Positions 39,087-48,938 of a stretch of 64,000 bases of DNA are shown here, piece by piece. Within the stretch, counting starts at the first letter, position 1. Every line of letters starts with the position of its first letter. Made by a program: the position numbers and the translations under genes. This DNA comes from an uncultured Coriobacteriaceae bacterium. GTDB lineage: Bacteria; Actinomycetota; Coriobacteriia; Anaerosomatales; SLCP01. The notes under the pieces are model-generated. The model was not told where the DNA came from and did no database searches. It saw nothing but the letters and a program-made list of their open reading frames with translations. The DNA lies in contig CAYGFZ010000001.1 in assembly GCA_964349355.1 (NCBI GenBank), forward strand, positions 12,441 to 76,440, read 5' to 3'.

Positions 39087-39536
39087 ATGAAGCGGTCATC
39101 TAGCTTCGCTGCTGGTATCGTTGCTCTCTGCACGCTGCTCGCAGCCGCCCCCGCGTTCGCACAGACCTACGACGATCCTTTCGGCCCGACGTTCGGAATG
39201 TTCTTCCTTTTCTGCTGGGGCATCATGGCGCTCATAGGCCTGGCGCTGCTCGTGCTCAACATCTGGATGCTCGTCGATGTAATCCAGCGACAGGAGTACG
39301 AGTTCCCGGGATCCACGGGCAGTAGCAAGACCCTGTGGCTAGTCCTCTTGGTCGTCGGTCTCGTCATTGGATTCGGATGGATCGTAGCGCTCGTCTACTA
39401 CTTCCAGGTCTTCAAGAAGGTGCGGCGCGGCACGGCTCAGCCCGGTGCCGCACAGCAACCTACATACGCTCCACCACCCGCAGCTCCTCCGACGCCGCCA
39501 GCTCCACCGGCGCCTCCGGAGGACGAACAGCGATAG
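39087..39536 (+). CDS. secreted/membrane PLDc_N-domain mini-protein with Pro-rich tail
   Basis: GGGGGAGGTGA SD. Signal peptide (AAPAFA), then LLVLNIWMLVDVIQR....KTLWLVLLVVGLVIGFGWIVALVYYF (PF13396-like), then PPPAAPPTPPAPPAPP. It is the only plus-strand gene between 1 and 55.9 kb. Confidence 0.7.
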   Translation: MKRSSSFAAGIVALCTLLAAAPAFAQTYDDPFGPTFGMFFLFCWGIMALIGLALLVLNIWMLVDVIQRQEYEFPGSTGSSKTLWLVLLVVGLVIGFGWIVALVYYFQVFKKVRRGTAQPGAAQQPTYAPPPAAPPTPPAPPAPPEDEQR

Positions 39537-39548
39537 TTCTCGAATCTT

Positions 39549-39591
39549 CGCAAAGAGGAGGTCCGCAATGTATGCGGACCTCCTCTTTGCG
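39549..39591. terminator. perfect 19-bp hairpin between convergent genes (bidirectional terminator candidate)
   Basis: CGCAAAGAGGAGGTCCGCA-atgta-TGCGGACCTCCTCTTTGCG, located between the stop at 39536 (+) and the ftsZ stop at 39675 (-). No long U tract on either side. Confidence 0.6.
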
Positions 39592-39674
39592 CTCAACTCT
39601 CTCCGAACACGATCGGACCCTGATACCACGGGGTCTCACCGCCGTGGTATCAGAGTCCAGACCGGGAAGTCATG

Positions 39675-40754
39675 CTAGTACGAACGCTGCTTCAGAAATG
39701 GAGGAATCTCGAGATCGTCATCAGCGTGGATCGGCTCGAAAGTGGGGATCGACGATCCGGAATCCTCGGCGGACCCGAACTCCATCTTCTCCTGCTTGCG
39801 GCGACGTCCTTCGAATCCGGTGGCTATCACGGTGACGCGAATCTGATCCATCAGGGAGTCGTCGATGACAGCTCCGAAGATAATGTTGGCATCCGGGTGG
39901 GCCGCTGCGGCTACGACCTCGGCTGCCTCGTTGACCTCGAAAAGACCGAGGTCCGAGCCACCAGAGATGGACAACAGCACACCCTGCGCGCCCTCGATGC
40001 TTGACTCGAGCAGGGGGCTTGAGATGGCGGCCTTTGCGGCATCGTGCGAGCGATTATCGCCAGCAGCAAGTCCGATGCCCATGAGTGCCGATCCGGCGTC
40101 GGCCATGATGGTCCGAACGTCGGCAAAGTCGAGGTTGATCAATCCGGGAACGGTGATCAAGTCGGTGATTCCCTGAGTGCCCTGACGCAAGATGTCATCC
40201 GCGATGCGGAACGCGTCGAGGATTGAGGTCTTCTTCTCGGCTACCTGCAGCAGCCGATCGTTGGGAATCACTATCAGCGTGTCGACGACCTCGCGCAGCC
40301 GAGCGATGCCATCCTCCGCCTGAAGAGCCCGCTTGCGCCCCTCAAACGCGAACGGGCGGGTTACGACACCGACCGTGAGCGCTCCGATCTCCTCCTTGGC
40401 GACCTCGGCGATGATGGGCGCCGATCCCGTACCCGTTCCACCACCCTCACCTGCGGTGATGAAGACCATGTCTGCGCCCTGAAGCGCTTCCTTGATCTCT
40501 GCCCGGCTCTCCTCTGCGGCCTGAAGACCGATATCGGGATTCGCGCCGGCACCGAGACCCTTCGTCAGGTTCACTCCTATGTGAACCTTGTAGTCAGCCT
40601 CAGACATCAGCAGAGCCTGGGCGTCAGTGTTCACGGCGATGAACTCGACGCCCTTGACGCCAGCCTCTACCATCCGATTGACGGCGTTCGTGCCACCGCC
40701 GCCAATGCCGACGACCTTGATCACTGCAAGGTAGTTCGCGCCCGTCTCGAGCAT
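39675..40754 (-). CDS. ftsZ: cell division GTPase FtsZ
   Basis: [15 protein letters not shown] and [10 protein letters not shown] motifs. The ATG at 40754 has GGGGAGGGA upstream; the track ORF is over-extended. Confidence 0.97.
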   Translation of the reverse strand: MLETGANYLAVIKVVGIGGGGTNAVNRMVEAGVKGVEFIAVNTDAQALLMSEADYKVHIGVNLTKGLGAGANPDIGLQAAEESRAEIKEALQGADMVFITAGEGGGTGTGSAPIIAEVAKEEIGALTVGVVTRPFAFEGRKRALQAEDGIARLREVVDTLIVIPNDRLLQVAEKKTSILDAFRIADDILRQGTQGITDLITVPGLINLDFADVRTIMADAGSALMGIGLAAGDNRSHDAAKAAISSPLLESSIEGAQGVLLSISGGSDLGLFEVNEAAEVVAAAAHPDANIIFGAVIDDSLMDQIRVTVIATGFEGRRRKQEKMEFGSAEDSGSSIPTFEPIHADDDLEIPPFLKQRSY

Positions 40755-40849
40755 GGTTTCCCTCCCCGTTCGTGAAGGTGCGAGAGAACTAGATTCAACC
40801 TCAACTTTACGGTTACTGTCTAGGTGCAACGGTCAATCTTCGCATAAAC

Positions 40850-40878
40850 CTTATAGAACACGCAAGAGGTTTTCAAGA
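40850..40878 (-). promoter_or_regulatory. candidate ftsZ promoter (TCTTGA-17-TATAAG) in an AT-rich spacer
   Basis: Minus strand reads tTCTTGAaaacctcttgcgtgttcTATAAGg, within the 231-bp ftsQ-ftsZ spacer. Confidence 0.3.
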
Positions 40879-40985
40879 AACTCATCCAAGAAATATCGGG
40901 GCACCGGCAATTAGCTGCGGAAACGCAATGGGGGCAGCGATTGCCCGAGGAGGCTTGCGATCACTCAACCTGGTTGCAACTCCCT

Positions 40986-41978
40986 TTAGGGTAGATCGAG
41001 CCCTCGCCACGTGGGTCGATCCGCCGTCCGCACGTTGATGTAAACGACCGCGCCAGACTGCTCCTCGAGGATCCCTCGCGCCACGACATCCTTGCGGGCG
41101 ATGTCATCCGCCGACCCGACAAGTATCTCAACATCCTCGTTGGTGATGAGCGTCGTAAGGTCGACGGACTGCGCAGATATCGCACGAACGTCCCCGCGCA
41201 AGTCAGCGCTCAGTCCGGCAAGTACCTTGAGTGCGTTGAGAAGTGCAGCCGATGTCGCGACCTCCCCCTCAATCGGTTCGAACTCGACAAGGTCTCGAAC
41301 GATTACCATCGTATCGGTGGCATCGGGTGTCCGCTGCTCGAGAACGGTCCCCTCCCGATCCACGAGCCAGAACAACGCGTCGCCTACATCAACGAGCACA
41401 ACCGGCTCCCGCTCGACGACCCGCACACGAAGGCCATCAGGGAAGTCCCGGCTCACCTGTGCCTCGGCGATCCACGGGCTCGCAACAAGCCGCTCTTCGA
41501 TCTCGGCCCGGGGGTAACGCAGCAGGGTCGAGCCTTCAGGAAGTGCGACGAGCGCGCGGACCTGATCGTCCGTCAAGCGTGCAGCCCCGACCACGTCGAT
41601 GCGCTCGATGGTGAACGCCGTGGAACGGTAGAGCGCGATGGAACTCACCAGCACAGTGGCGACCAGGATGATCACCGCTGCAACACGGATGCGAGTAGCG
41701 CGCCTCTGTCGTGCGAGCCTGTTCTCCCGGGCGACGCGCTTAGAGTCGATAGGTGCGCGCCTCCCGGCAGGAGCAGTACGCCCGTGTCGTCCTCCCCGAC
41801 CCAAGGGCTTGGATCCACTGCGCTGTGCTGATTTAATATTTACCTTAGGTTGAGGTTGAGATAAGACATGGTTTCCAGGGGGCAGCCCGTCGCGTGAGCG
41901 TTCGGGCGTGATTACCACACGTTTCCGCTTACCCTTCCCCGCCGAGGACCCTGATCTCCGTTTCGAGTTCGATGTCAT
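40986..41978 (-). CDS. ftsQ: cell division protein FtsQ (POTRA + FtsQ domains)
   Basis: Basic N-terminus, one TM helix, then FTIERIDVVGAARLTDDQVRALV (POTRA). The ATG at 41978 has GGAGGTGA 9 nt upstream. It overlaps the murB 3' end by 50 nt. Confidence 0.8.
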   Translation of the reverse strand: MTSNSKRRSGSSAGKGKRKRVVITPERSRDGLPPGNHVLSQPQPKVNIKSAQRSGSKPLGRGGRHGRTAPAGRRAPIDSKRVARENRLARQRRATRIRVAAVIILVATVLVSSIALYRSTAFTIERIDVVGAARLTDDQVRALVALPEGSTLLRYPRAEIEERLVASPWIAEAQVSRDFPDGLRVRVVEREPVVLVDVGDALFWLVDREGTVLEQRTPDATDTMVIVRDLVEFEPIEGEVATSAALLNALKVLAGLSADLRGDVRAISAQSVDLTTLITNEDVEILVGSADDIARKDVVARGILEEQSGAVVYINVRTADRPTWRGLDLP

Positions 41979-42846
41979 GCTGCAGTTTCACCTCCGCCCG
42001 GATCTCGCTGATCAACTTCAGAACGTCGGCCGCTGTCGCGCCCCCCGCGTTGATGATGAAGTTCGCGTGCACATCGGAGACCTCTGCTCCGCCGACTCGA
42101 TACCCTTTCATCCCTGCTGCTTCGATGAGCCGCCCTGCAGATTCACCTGGCGGATTCACGAACACGCTACCGGCGTTCGGTTTTCCCAGAGGTTGAGCAG
42201 ACTTGCGCCAAGCGAAGCGCTGATCCATCGCACGGCGGATCCGATCCTTGTCGCCCGGCTCGAGGCGCAGTGTGCACTCGACGATCACACCACGGTCGGA
42301 AAGCCCGCTACAACGATACCCCCACGGGATCTCCGGTCCGCGCAACACCTGCAGCCCGGATCCGATGGTGTAGAGAGTCACGCTCTCGACGAGCGAGCCG
42401 ATCCAATCTTCGGTCGAGCCGGCGTTCATTGCCAGCGCACCGCCGACAGTCCCCGGGATCCCGACCGCGAACTCGAAGCCCTCCAGACCGCGCGAGTAGG
42501 CATCCTGGACAAGTGCCGCTAGTATGACTCCCGCCCCGGAGTGCAGTTCCGACCCATCGGCGCGGTGACGCTTGAACTCCCGGCCGAGGACCAGGACCGC
42601 ACCATCGTAGCCGGCATCTGCGGCGAGGACGTTACTCCCCTTGCCGAGGACCGACCAGGCAACCTGTTCCTCGGCCAGAATCTCGAGAGCGTGCGTGAGG
42701 TCGGAGAGGGACTCGCAGATCGCGAAGATGGCCGCCGGACCTCCGATGCGATAGGTCGTATGCCGACAGAGCTGCTCGTTGCGGCGAACGTGTCCCGTGG
42801 GCATCGACGTGCACAGCCGTTCGTATGCTCTCACCGGCTCGCTCAC
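41929..42846 (-). CDS. murB: UDP-N-acetylenolpyruvoylglucosamine reductase
   Basis: HTTYRIGGPA, GKGSN.L, GAGV..A motifs. The GTG at 42846 overlaps the murC stop (GTGA); the track ORF is over-extended. Confidence 0.9.
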   Translation of the reverse strand: MSEPVRAYERLCTSMPTGHVRRNEQLCRHTTYRIGGPAAIFAICESLSDLTHALEILAEEQVAWSVLGKGSNVLAADAGYDGAVLVLGREFKRHRADGSELHSGAGVILAALVQDAYSRGLEGFEFAVGIPGTVGGALAMNAGSTEDWIGSLVESVTLYTIGSGLQVLRGPEIPWGYRCSGLSDRGVIVECTLRLEPGDKDRIRRAMDQRFAWRKSAQPLGKPNAGSVFVNPPGESAGRLIEAAGMKGYRVGGAEVSDVHANFIINAGGATAADVLKLISEIRAEVKLQHDIELETEIRVLGGEG

Positions 42847-44225
42847 GACCGCTCCTCGAGGCAGCGCACGATCTCCGGACCCACACCCGTCACATCGCCC
42901 GCCCCCATCGTCATGACCAGGTCCCCGGGACGAGCGTACCGAGATATGTACTCGGGGATCTCGGATCGACGCGGCAACCATGCCACACGGCTCCGGGGAG
43001 CATCAGCGAGAATACCGTCAACAAGTGTCTTGCCGGAGACTCCGGGAATCGGCGTCTCGCCAGCGCTGTACACATCCATCAAGATCACGCGGTCGGCATC
43101 GGAGAACGCGAGTGCGAACTCCTCGGCCAGCGCACGAGTGCGAGAGTAGCGGTGCGGCTGGAAGATCGCCCACACGCGTCCGGAGTCGCCTACAGACGTA
43201 CGCGCAGCGGCAAGTGTCGCACGGACCTCGGTCGGGTGGTGCGCATAGTCGTCGAAGACCGCTATCCCGCAGACCGAGCCGACCGGGTCGAAGCGCCGCT
43301 TGACACCGGCAAACCCATCGAGGGCCGCCGCGGCAGTTGGAAGATCTAGACCGAGGACGTATGCGACCGAGAGTGCGGCAGCAGCATTGAGCGCGTTATG
43401 TATCCCGGGAACACGGATACGAGCGGCGGCCGTCAAACCGTCTGGAGTCGTCAGCACGAAAGAGTGCCCATCGGTCTCGGGGTGCAGGGCGCTGATCCGG
43501 ACATCAGCGTCGGTGGCCTGGCCGTAGCTGACCGTCGGAACACCGGCCTTGCGGGCGACCGCCATCGCGCGAGTGTCGTCAGCGCACACGATCGCATGGC
43601 CACCGGTGACCGTCCGCTCCATGAAACGCTGAAAGATCTCCTCCACGGCCTCGACGGTGCCGTAGTGGTCGAGGTGATCCGCCTCGATGTTGGTGACGAG
43701 CGAGACGAATGGGTCGAGATGCAGAAACGAACCGTCCGACTCGTCGGCCTCGACCACGTAGTGCGGCCCGGCGCCGCACAGGGCGTTCGTCTTGAACTCG
43801 CACACTTCCCCACCGATCAGGAAGGTCGGTGACAGTCCCATGCTGTTCAGCATGGTCGCCACCATCGAACTCGTCGTCGTCTTACCGTGGGTGCCCGCGA
43901 TCGCGATCGTCTGGCGATCCTCGGCCAGGTATGCAAGCATACGCGCCCTCGGCCAGACCGGCAGACCGCGGCGGTGAGCCTCAACGAGCTCGGGATTGGA
44001 CTGCGGGATCGCTGTGGAAACGACCACGACCTCCGGATCTCCCAGGTTCCGGGCGTCGTGACCCACAGTCACCGGGACGCCGGCCTCGCGTAGAGCTCGG
44101 ACATACCGCGAGTCTTTCAGGTCCGAACCGGTCACGGGAATCCCCCGTTCGTGCAGGACGAGCGCAATGCCGCTCATGCCCGCACCACCGACTCCGATGA
44201 AATGAGCGCGTACCTGGCGACTCAT
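42843..44225 (-). CDS. murC: UDP-N-acetylmuramate--L-alanine ligase
   Basis: HFIGVGGAGMSGIA and GTHGKTTTS motifs. Confidence 0.95.
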   Translation of the reverse strand: MSRQVRAHFIGVGGAGMSGIALVLHERGIPVTGSDLKDSRYVRALREAGVPVTVGHDARNLGDPEVVVVSTAIPQSNPELVEAHRRGLPVWPRARMLAYLAEDRQTIAIAGTHGKTTTSSMVATMLNSMGLSPTFLIGGEVCEFKTNALCGAGPHYVVEADESDGSFLHLDPFVSLVTNIEADHLDHYGTVEAVEEIFQRFMERTVTGGHAIVCADDTRAMAVARKAGVPTVSYGQATDADVRISALHPETDGHSFVLTTPDGLTAAARIRVPGIHNALNAAAALSVAYVLGLDLPTAAAALDGFAGVKRRFDPVGSVCGIAVFDDYAHHPTEVRATLAAARTSVGDSGRVWAIFQPHRYSRTRALAEEFALAFSDADRVILMDVYSAGETPIPGVSGKTLVDGILADAPRSRVAWLPRRSEIPEYISRYARPGDLVMTMGAGDVTGVGPEIVRCLEERS

Positions 44226-45352
44226 GCCACCACCTCGCCTGTGAGACGTCCCGATGCCGCTCCCTCGATGAGAGCGCAGAGACGCTGCGCTGCGTCCCTC
44301 ACGCCGAGTGATGCAGACGCCTCGGCCATGCGGCGGCGCGCCTCAGGGTCGTCGAGCACAGTGGTGAGCGCGGACGACAGAGAGTCACCGTCGAAGGCGG
44401 CGTCAGAGACCACGATCGCGCCTCCAGCGGACTCGACATCTCGCGCGTTGAGCGTCTGGTGATCCTCGGTCGCATACGGATACGGAACGAGCACAGCCGC
44501 CCTGCCCACCGCGGTTATCTCCGCGATCGACGTCGCCCCGGCTCTCGCGACCACGACATCAGCGGCAGCGAGCGCTGAAGCCATGTCCTGCAGGTAGTCG
44601 AGGAGGCGGTAACGATCCTGTCCGTCAGCGCCAAGATCGCGCCTGGCGAGCGCGTGGCGTACGGAGTCGACCTCCGCTATGCCTGCGATATGGATCACGT
44701 GAAGGTCCTCCCGGGTCATGAGTCGGGGCGCCGCATCGACAAGCGCCTCGTTGATACGACGTGCGCCACGGCTTCCGCCGAAGACCAGTAGGACTTTCGC
44801 CTCGGCAGGAAGGCCGAGCCGTTGGCGTCCGCTTACCCGATCCGCAGCGAGAACAGCTGTACGCACGGGATTGCCCGTATGGACCGAAGTGGTACCGGCA
44901 CGCATGCGAGCTACCGACGCCTCGTAGGTAACGCCCACCACTGTCGCACGTCTCGACAGCACACGATTCGCCATCCCGGGAACCGAGTTCTGCTCGTGGA
45001 GCACGAGTGGCAGGCGACGCGCGATCGCAGCGAATCCTACAGGCAGCGAGACGTATCCGCCGAAACCCACGGCGACGTCAGCCTTCAACCTTCCGAGGAG
45101 CACCCACGCGCGCGCAGTGGAGAGAGCAAGGACCGCAACTGCCACCACAAACGATAGCGGACGCGAGCGATCGAATCCACGCGCTGGCACGGCATGGAAT
45201 ATCAAGCCCGCCTCGGATGCAAGACGGGCTTCAGGCCCCCGGCGCGTACCGATGAACTCGACCTCATGCCCGTCGTCGCACAGCCGATCTGCCACCGTCA
45301 ACGCCGGATAGATGTGACCGGCGGTTCCCCCGCCGCTCAGCACTACTCGCAC
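44222..45352 (-). CDS. murG: undecaprenyl-PP-MurNAc-pentapeptide GlcNAc transferase
   Basis: SGGGTAGHIYPAL motif. The GTG at 45352 lies 7 nt after AAGGAG; the track start is 45358. Confidence 0.95.
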   Translation of the reverse strand: MRVVLSGGGTAGHIYPALTVADRLCDDGHEVEFIGTRRGPEARLASEAGLIFHAVPARGFDRSRPLSFVVAVAVLALSTARAWVLLGRLKADVAVGFGGYVSLPVGFAAIARRLPLVLHEQNSVPGMANRVLSRRATVVGVTYEASVARMRAGTTSVHTGNPVRTAVLAADRVSGRQRLGLPAEAKVLLVFGGSRGARRINEALVDAAPRLMTREDLHVIHIAGIAEVDSVRHALARRDLGADGQDRYRLLDYLQDMASALAAADVVVARAGATSIAEITAVGRAAVLVPYPYATEDHQTLNARDVESAGGAIVVSDAAFDGDSLSSALTTVLDDPEARRRMAEASASLGVRDAAQRLCALIEGAASGRLTGEVVA

Positions 45353-46499
45353 TCGCACTCTCCTTACTCAGTACGTGTTCCCGCTTCTTGGTGCGGGCAC
45401 CGTACGTGGAAACCGACAGTATGACCCCGATGCACAGCATCGTGAAGGTCATCGATGAACCACCGAAACTCACGAACGGGAGCGGAATACCTGTCACCGG
45501 AACGAGTCCCGTCACCGCAGCCATGTTGATGATCGCCTGGGTGACGAGCAGCGCTGTAAGACCGCCCGCCAGGAGACGGCCGTAGACATCCTTGGCGCCG
45601 AGCGCGATCCTCACCCCGGCGTAGGCGATGACGCCGAACGCCAACAGAACCGAGAGCGACCCGATGAACCCGAGTTCCTCTCCGATGATAGCGAAGATGA
45701 AGTCGGTGTGCGCTGCCGGCAGGTAGAAGAACTTCTGCCGCGACATCCCGAGTCCCACGCCGTCGAGCCCCCCCGAGCCGAACGCATACATCGCCTGGAT
45801 GGATTGGTAGCCGGAGTCCAGAGGATCCGCCCAGGGGTCGAGGAAGGCAAACAGGCGACGCAACCGATAGGGCGCCATCGCGATCGCACCGGCAAGTGCG
45901 ACCAAACCGACGAAAACGCCACCCCACAGGAAGCGAGCGTCCACGCCGCCGATCATCAACACAAGAAAGACCGCGAGCAGTATCGAAAACGTCGTCCCCA
46001 TATCGGGCTGCATCATGACGAACAACGCGACGATGCCTACCGCGCCGAACAGGCGTCTCCAGAAGTCGGCGGACGATATCCGGCCGCTCCGATGCTGCTG
46101 GATGAGCAGGGCGGCGACCATCACGCACCCGAGTTTCGCGTACTCGGAAGGTTGTATGGTAAAGAAGCCCAGGTCGATCCAGCGAGTCGCACCCCACTTG
46201 CCAACGCCCATGACGAACACGAGCGCCAGACCGATAAGCGAACCTCCGTATATGGCGATCCATGCCCAGCGCGCTCGACGGTAGTCGACGAGCATCGCAA
46301 CGGCCATGAGAACCACTCCGCCAAGCGTACCGAGTGCCTGCCTCTTCAGGTGATACATGCTGTCCTGCTGGTGAACGAAGTCAGCAACCGAAGAGGCCGA
46401 GTAGACCATTATGAGTCCGCCGAGGAGAAGGAAGAGTGTGGCGGACAGAAGCAGGTAGCGGGGAAGCGGTCCGCCGGCGTAGACGTTGCGCGCTTCCAC
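45264..46499 (-). CDS. ftsW: SEDS-family peptidoglycan glycosyltransferase FtsW
   Basis: Multi-TM; MVYSASS, QPSE..K and P.TGIPLPFVSFGGSS motifs. GTG at 46499, 1 nt after the murD stop. The track ORF is over-extended, and the 3' tail overlaps murG by about 90 nt. Confidence 0.9.
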   Translation of the reverse strand: MEARNVYAGGPLPRYLLLSATLFLLLGGLIMVYSASSVADFVHQQDSMYHLKRQALGTLGGVVLMAVAMLVDYRRARWAWIAIYGGSLIGLALVFVMGVGKWGATRWIDLGFFTIQPSEYAKLGCVMVAALLIQQHRSGRISSADFWRRLFGAVGIVALFVMMQPDMGTTFSILLAVFLVLMIGGVDARFLWGGVFVGLVALAGAIAMAPYRLRRLFAFLDPWADPLDSGYQSIQAMYAFGSGGLDGVGLGMSRQKFFYLPAAHTDFIFAIIGEELGFIGSLSVLLAFGVIAYAGVRIALGAKDVYGRLLAGGLTALLVTQAIINMAAVTGLVPVTGIPLPFVSFGGSSMTFTMLCIGVILSVSTYGARTKKREHVLSKESASASSAERRGNRRSHLSGVDGGRSAVRRRA

Positions 46500-46500
46500 C

Positions 46501-47898
46501 TCAGCCCACCTCCCCTGCCATCTGAGACACGAGCGACTTGAAGGCCCTGCCACGAGCCGCGTAGTCAGCGAACTCATCGAAGGAGGCGCACGCCGGGGAG
46601 AGCACGACCGCAGCCCCCGGCAGTCCCGATGCGATCCCTGCACCAAGCTTGACCGCATCAGCGAGGCCGAAAGCACGCTGCCAGGCGGCACCGGCCGCCT
46701 CGAGATAGGCTGCGATCTCCCCGGCAGCCTCCCCGAAAACGACCGCATGCGCATCGATGGCGGCGAGCACCTCGGCCAACTGAGTGAACTCGTTGTCCTT
46801 GTTCCTCCCACCGAGAAGAACCACCACCGGCCTGCCGTCGAACGCCGTCAACCCTTTGACGACTGCATCGGGATTCGTCGCCTTCGAGTCGTTGAAGTAC
46901 TCGACACCCGTAAACGTCCCGACCGGCTCGAGCCGATGCTCGATCGACTCGAAACTCCGCAACCCCCTGCGGATCGATGCGGGGCCGACACCGAAAGCGA
47001 GCGCAGCCGAAGCCGCGGAGAGAGCATTGCTGACGTTATGGTCACCATGCAGGCGCAACTCGTCGCGAGAGACCAGCCGAACCGGGCCCGAAGGCCCGTC
47101 CACCACTAGCATGCCGTCAGAGTCAACCCACGCTCCGCCCGCACAGCGGCGGTCGCGACTCACGGCGACAACGCGCACCCCGCGCGCCCGGACGGGCTCG
47201 ATGAAGGCGGCCGAACCGGGATCATCGGCGTCTATCACCGCGATGTCGTCGGAACCCTGTCTAGCGAAGATGCGGACCTTATCGGCAGTGTAGGTCTCCA
47301 TGTCGCCGTGCCAGTCCAGATGATCCGGTGTGACGTTGAGCAGCACTGAGACACGCGGATGGAAGCGATTCGTCAACGCGAGCTGGAACGAGGAGACCTC
47401 GGCGACCAGGGCGCCACCCGGACCGATCTCTCCGACGACCTCGATCGCGGGTGTGCCGATGTTCCCGACGGTGCGCGCCGAGACACCACCCCAGATAAGC
47501 AGATGGCCAAGCAGGCTCGTCACCGTCGTCTTTCCGTTCGTACCTGTGACGGCCAACCACGGTGCCTGTGAACGACGGAACGCGAACTCTATCTCAGACA
47601 CTACCTCAGCCGAGGCCGCGGCGGCCGCCCGGTGCAACGGAGCATGGGGCGGGACGCCCGGACTCATGACCGCGAGGTCATAGGCCCCATCGACCGATTC
47701 GACGCCGAGAAGCACCCGGACTCCGAGAGGCCGCAGCCGTTGCGCACGCTGCTGGACTCGCTCGTCGTCGGCACCGTCTACGACGGTCACCGTCACCGGA
47801 TCGCCTGCTGCTGCAGCCGCGGCGCAGTAGGCGGCCGCGGCCTCTCCCGAGGCACCCAGACCGACCACGAGGATGTCTCCCGAAAGCGGTTCCATCAT
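46501..47898 (-). CDS. murD: UDP-N-acetylmuramoylalanine--D-glutamate ligase
   Basis: VVGLGASGEAAA and GTNGKTT motifs. The ATG at 47898 overlaps the mraY stop (ATGA). The 720-aa track ORF is a 5' over-extension through mraY in another frame. Confidence 0.9.
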   Translation of the reverse strand: MMEPLSGDILVVGLGASGEAAAAYCAAAAAAGDPVTVTVVDGADDERVQQRAQRLRPLGVRVLLGVESVDGAYDLAVMSPGVPPHAPLHRAAAAASAEVVSEIEFAFRRSQAPWLAVTGTNGKTTVTSLLGHLLIWGGVSARTVGNIGTPAIEVVGEIGPGGALVAEVSSFQLALTNRFHPRVSVLLNVTPDHLDWHGDMETYTADKVRIFARQGSDDIAVIDADDPGSAAFIEPVRARGVRVVAVSRDRRCAGGAWVDSDGMLVVDGPSGPVRLVSRDELRLHGDHNVSNALSAASAALAFGVGPASIRRGLRSFESIEHRLEPVGTFTGVEYFNDSKATNPDAVVKGLTAFDGRPVVVLLGGRNKDNEFTQLAEVLAAIDAHAVVFGEAAGEIAAYLEAAGAAWQRAFGLADAVKLGAGIASGLPGAAVVLSPACASFDEFADYAARGRAFKSLVSQMAGEVG

Positions 47899-48938
47899 CG
47901 TCTCACGGACTCGACGAAGAACAGGGCGAAACCTCCACCTGCCATGATTCCGGTGAGGATCCAGAACCGGATCATTATCTTCGTCTCCGACCAGCCCTTC
48001 ATCTCGAAGTGATGGTGCAGTGGCGCCATCCGAAAGATCCGTTTCCCTGTCAGCTTGAACGATGCGACCTGCAAGATCACCGAGAGTGTCTCGATCACGT
48101 ATATACCGCCGATGAGCACCAGGAGTATCTCGGTCTTGGTGATGATCGCGAACGACGCGATCGTCGCCCCCAGGCCGAGAGAGCCGGTGTCGCCCATGAA
48201 GATATTGGCAGGAAAGGCGTTGTACCAGAGAAATCCGATACACGCTCCCGCGACCGCAGCAGCCAGCAGCGCCATCTCCAGCATGTTCAGTCGAAACGCG
48301 ATGCCCGAGTAAGCCAGCATGACGATCGTGATCGTCCCGGCTGCCAACCCGTCGAGACCGTCGGTCAGGTTCACCGCATTGGAGAAGCCGACGATGAAGA
48401 ACCACACAAGGCCGAGGTAGAGCCATGGGACGACGAGGGCAACGCCGCCGATGTCGAAGACACTCGTCAGTACCCCGAGATCGAGAACGATCCCGATGAG
48501 CGGGATCTCCACGCCCGTCGACACACCGGCCCAGTTCACCACCAGGAGACCGAACGCGAGCGCAACGAGCGCCTGGCCTGAGATCTTCGCCCTCGGCGTG
48601 AGGCCGAGCGAGCGTTCGTGAACGACTTTGGCCCAGTCGTCGACGAACCCGAGCAGGCCGCACGCTCCGGTCGCGGCGAGAGCTAGGAGGCTCAATCTCC
48701 CGAACTGGCCGAGGAACACGTAGGTTCCTGCAACCACCAGAAGGATGAGCACCCCACCCATGGTGGGCGTTCCCTGCTTAGCCAGGTGGCCCTGAGGGCC
48801 GTCGGCACGTATCTGCTGGCCGATGTTGCGGAAGCGTAGCAACCGGATCCAGAACGGCATCAGGACGCCCACGGCGACGATCGAGAGCACCACGGCCATG
48901 AAGACCTGATATGACGGATACTCGGCAAGTCTAAACAC
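47895..48938 (-). CDS. mraY: phospho-N-acetylmuramoyl-pentapeptide transferase
   Basis: KQGTPTMGG, NAVNLTDGLDGLA, MGDTGSL, PLHHHFE motifs. Confidence 0.97.
   Translation of the reverse strand: MFRLAEYPSYQVFMAVVLSIVAVGVLMPFWIRLLRFRNIGQQIRADGPQGHLAKQGTPTMGGVLILLVVAGTYVFLGQFGRLSLLALAATGACGLLGFVDDWAKVVHERSLGLTPRAKISGQALVALAFGLLVVNWAGVSTGVEIPLIGIVLDLGVLTSVFDIGGVALVVPWLYLGLVWFFIVGFSNAVNLTDGLDGLAAGTITIVMLAYSGIAFRLNMLEMALLAAAVAGACIGFLWYNAFPANIFMGDTGSLGLGATIASFAIITKTEILLVLIGGIYVIETLSVILQVASFKLTGKRIFRMAPLHHHFEMKGWSETKIMIRFWILTGIMAGGGFALFFVESVRR

Noticed and set aside
46501-48663. 720-aa ORF in the track, spanning murD and most of mraY.
   Set aside because: Only the last 465 aa (from the ATG at 47898, ATGA-coupled to the mraY stop) look like MurD. 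The upstream 255 aa are an Arg-rich read-through in an alternative frame of mraY.
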